DNA of 62,159 nucleotides, counting the filler. It is 5 parts of 5 records of this genome, joined end to end, with 100 filler letters (N's around TTAATTAATTAA, not from the genome) between each part and the next. Parts side by side here need not be neighbours in the genome. Positions count along the whole stretch, not along the records: positions 56,931 to 62,159 come from SRR31156797_3709; 4 more parts are not named here. One strand, written 5' to 3'. The notes under the pieces were generated by a model, which saw only the letters and a program-made list of their open reading frames with translations, searched no databases and had not been told where the DNA came from. The position numbers and the translations under genes were made by a program. Positions within the stretch are counted from its first letter, which is position 1, and the number at the start of each line of letters is the position of its first letter. Of the stretch, positions 59,965 through 62,159 are shown in pieces.

Positions 59965-60957
59965 ATGTTAAAGCGCATCTTGTTATCCACACTTATAACC
60001 GCGGCGGTTGCCGGTGTCGGCACCGCCCAGGCCCAGTCGTTCGACGGGATGCTGGGCGATGGCATGACCATGTACATGCAGATGGGCGGCAAGGCCGGCG
60101 ACGGCGCCACCCTGGCCCGCACCACCGGCGCCCGCGATGCCGCAAAAGCGTTCGGGATCAAGCTGATCGAGCAGTACTCGCTGTGGCAACCCGAAACCAT
60201 GTTGAACCACTTCAAGGAAGGCCTGGCCGCCCAGCCGACCTGCATCGGCATCATGGGCCATCCCGGCAACGACGCGTTCCTCGATTTGGTTGCACAGGCC
60301 CGTAAGGACGGCGTCATCGTAACCAGCGGCAACGCGCCGTTGACGAAGCTGTACAACATGTACCAGGCGGATGGTTTCGGCTATGCCGGCGTCGACCTCT
60401 ATACCGGCGGCTACATCACCGGCAAGGCGATGATCGCCCAGGGCCTTAAAAAAGGCGACACCGCACTGGTCTACGGGCTGCTGTCCGAGGCCGAACGCGG
60501 CCAGAGCACCAAAGGCCTGAAGGAAGCGCTCGAGGACGGCGGCGTCAAAACCAAGTACCTCGAGATTTCACCCGAAGCGAACGCGGATTCGTCGCTTTCG
60601 GTTCCGATCCTGACGGCGTTCCTTGCCAACAATCCCGACGTCAAAGGCATCGGCACCCAGCACGGCGGCATCACATCGTTCATTCCCAAGGCGCTTGAGG
60701 ATGCCGGCAAGAAGCCGGGCGAAGTCATCGTCGGCGGTATCGACCTGGCACCGGCGACCATCGACGGCCTGCAGGGCAAGTGGATCACGGCGGTGCTGGA
60801 CCAGCAGCTTTACCTGCAGGGCTTCCTGCCGGTAACCCAATGCGTGCTGTCGGCCAAATACGGGTTCACCGGCCTGTTCGTCAACACCGGTTCGGGAACC
60901 GTTACACCGGCCACCATCGACAAGCTGGTGCCGCTGATCGAACGCGGCATTCGCTAG
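59965..60957 (+). CDS. sugar ABC transporter periplasmic binding protein
   Basis: signal peptide ending AQA, GIDL, DQQ.YLQGF, NTG; RBS ggagg. Confidence 0.9.
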   Translation: MLKRILLSTLITAAVAGVGTAQAQSFDGMLGDGMTMYMQMGGKAGDGATLARTTGARDAAKAFGIKLIEQYSLWQPETMLNHFKEGLAAQPTCIGIMGHPGNDAFLDLVAQARKDGVIVTSGNAPLTKLYNMYQADGFGYAGVDLYTGGYITGKAMIAQGLKKGDTALVYGLLSEAERGQSTKGLKEALEDGGVKTKYLEISPEANADSSLSVPILTAFLANNPDVKGIGTQHGGITSFIPKALEDAGKKPGEVIVGGIDLAPATIDGLQGKWITAVLDQQLYLQGFLPVTQCVLSAKYGFTGLFVNTGSGTVTPATIDKLVPLIERGIR

Positions 60958-60968
60958 TCCCATCGATG

Positions 60969-61011
60969 CGGCGTGCGCCCTACTCCCTCCCGGGCGCACG
61001 CCGGCTTTTTT
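60969..61011 (+). terminator. intrinsic terminator with C-rich loop
   Basis: cggcgtgcgccc-tactccctccc-gggcgcacgccg then T6. Confidence 0.8.
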
Positions 61012-61015
61012 GTGA

Positions 61016-62158
61016 CTAAACCGGCAGGCAGCTCGGTCCGATCGGTTCGAAGCTCTTGTAACCGAGGATGAATTCCTGATGGCCCATCGCCTCGGACTTG
61101 GTTTCTTCGCCGGCCGCCACCCTGAGAACCAGATCGAAGATCTCCTGTCCGACCCCGTCCAGCGTATCCCTGCCCTCGAGCACGCGCCCGGCATCGACGT
61201 CCATGTCGTCGGTCATGTGCCGATAGGTGTCCGGATTGGCACAGACCTTGATGACCGGCGATATGGCCGAGCCGACGACAGAACCGCGCCCGGTTGCGAA
61301 CAGGTTGATGTGAGCGCCGCAGGCGATCAGTTCGACGATTTCGGCGTTGTCGCTGATATTCGGAAAACCGAAGCGCACCCCGCCGTCGGGCACCACGTCC
61401 AGCAGATAAAGCCCGGTCCCCGGCGGCACGTCGCCCGGTTTGATCAGGCCGGATATGGTTGAGGCGCCGCTTTTGGCATAGGCCCCCATGGATTTTTCCT
61501 CCATGGTCGTCAGGCCGCCGTCGGCGTTGCCCGGCGCGAAGCTGCCATGGCCCAGCACCTGGTAATATTCCGCCGCCTTGGCGACCGAACCGATAATTTC
61601 ACGAGCCAGTTCCGGCGTCGCCGCGCGCTTCGCCATATGATGTTCGCAGCCGATCAATTCGCCGGTTTCCTCGAACACGCAAATGGCGCCGGCGTCGATG
61701 AACTTATCGAAGGCGCGGCCGATGGCCGGATTTGCCGACAGGCCGCTGGTGCCGTCCGAGCCACCGCAAATGGTGCCGACGATCAATTCCTCGATGCCCA
61801 TCTCGGCACGCGGCACGTCGGCAATCTGGCGTAGGGTCGTTTCGATCCAGGCCTGGCCGGCCTCAACCGTCTTGCGGGTGCCGCCGGTTTCCTGAATGAC
61901 CAGGGTTTCCGAGGGCCGACCCGATTCCCGGACATGTTCGCCCAGGCCGTTGCGATCGAAACCTTCGCAGCCGAGCGACACCAGCAAGGCGCCGCCGACG
62001 TTCGGATGGGTGCACAATTGCCGCATGACCTTGTCGGCGTATTCGTTGGGAAAGCAGCCCGGGAAACCGATCACGTGGACGCCCTGATCGGAATACGGCC
62101 GGGCGATTTCGTTGGCGACATGGCGGGCGCATTCGACCAGATGGGCGACGACGATGAC
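61016..62158 (-). CDS. UxaA-family (altronate/galactarate-type) dehydratase, 5' truncated
   Basis: VECARHVA, HPNVGG..LGCE, CGGSD, ETGE, PGN.DGGLTT.EEKS.G, TGRG, DMDVDAG. Confidence 0.9.
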   Translation of the reverse strand, partial: VIVVAHLVECARHVANEIARPYSDQGVHVIGFPGCFPNEYADKVMRQLCTHPNVGGALLVSLGCEGFDRNGLGEHVRESGRPSETLVIQETGGTRKTVEAGQAWIETTLRQIADVPRAEMGIEELIVGTICGGSDGTSGLSANPAIGRAFDKFIDAGAICVFEETGELIGCEHHMAKRAATPELAREIIGSVAKAAEYYQVLGHGSFAPGNADGGLTTMEEKSMGAYAKSGASTISGLIKPGDVPPGTGLYLLDVVPDGGVRFGFPNISDNAEIVELIACGAHINLFATGRGSVVGSAISPVIKVCANPDTYRHMTDDMDVDAGRVLEGRDTLDGVGQEIFDLVLRVAAGEETKSEAMGHQEFILGYKSFEPIGPSCLPV

Positions 62159-62159
62159 G

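Noticed and set aside
1-62159. CRISPR arrays, transposases, integrases, phage genes, rRNA, Sec/Pyl read-through
   Set aside because: None recognised by eye: no regularly spaced direct repeats and no gene split by an in-frame stop. A computational scan could still find weak cases.

Overview
This window is not one locus. It is five unrelated contigs joined by identical 100-bp artificial spacers (44 N + TTAATTAATTAA + 44 N) at 10722-10821, 24430-24529, 33628-33727 and 56831-56930, so context must not be read across them. Contig 1 (1-10721) is very AT-rich and from an unidentified, probably anaerobic, bacterium. It carries deoD, CheY, orphan solute-binding proteins, a nitroreductase/AraC pair, two unannotated gene remnants and a soluble [FeFe]-hydrogenase-chemoreceptor fusion. 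Contig 2 (10822-24429) looks Desulfovibrionaceae-like. It carries a tRNA-fMet fragment, GT2/DedA, an AAA+/DUF2201-VWA/hypothetical operon behind a Fur-like box, mntP, two paralogous Cache chemoreceptors and the end of the L-lactate dehydrogenase operon. Contig 3 (24530-33627) encodes the C-terminus of a large adhesin, a TPR-sulfotransferase, a type I secretion system and a GNAT. Contig 4 (33728-56830) looks Desulfobacterota-like, with lepA, recCBD, mscS, an anti-sigma pair, crotonases, a CoA-transferase-GNAT fusion and rho-rpmE-prfA-prmC. Contig 5 (56931-62159) is GC-rich and alphaproteobacterial-like, with an XRE regulator, a sugar ABC transporter and a UxaA-family dehydratase. The best candidates for new biology are: (i) the putatively iron-regulated AAA+/VWA operon, whose peptidase motif is degenerate and whose 3' hairpin carries an anti-SD loop; (ii) the T1SS with an embedded protein sulfotransferase; (iii) the putative H2-sensing chemoreceptor; (iv) the GNAT fused to a catalytically degenerate CoA-transferase domain. 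All family calls come from visual motif recognition; no database searches were run.
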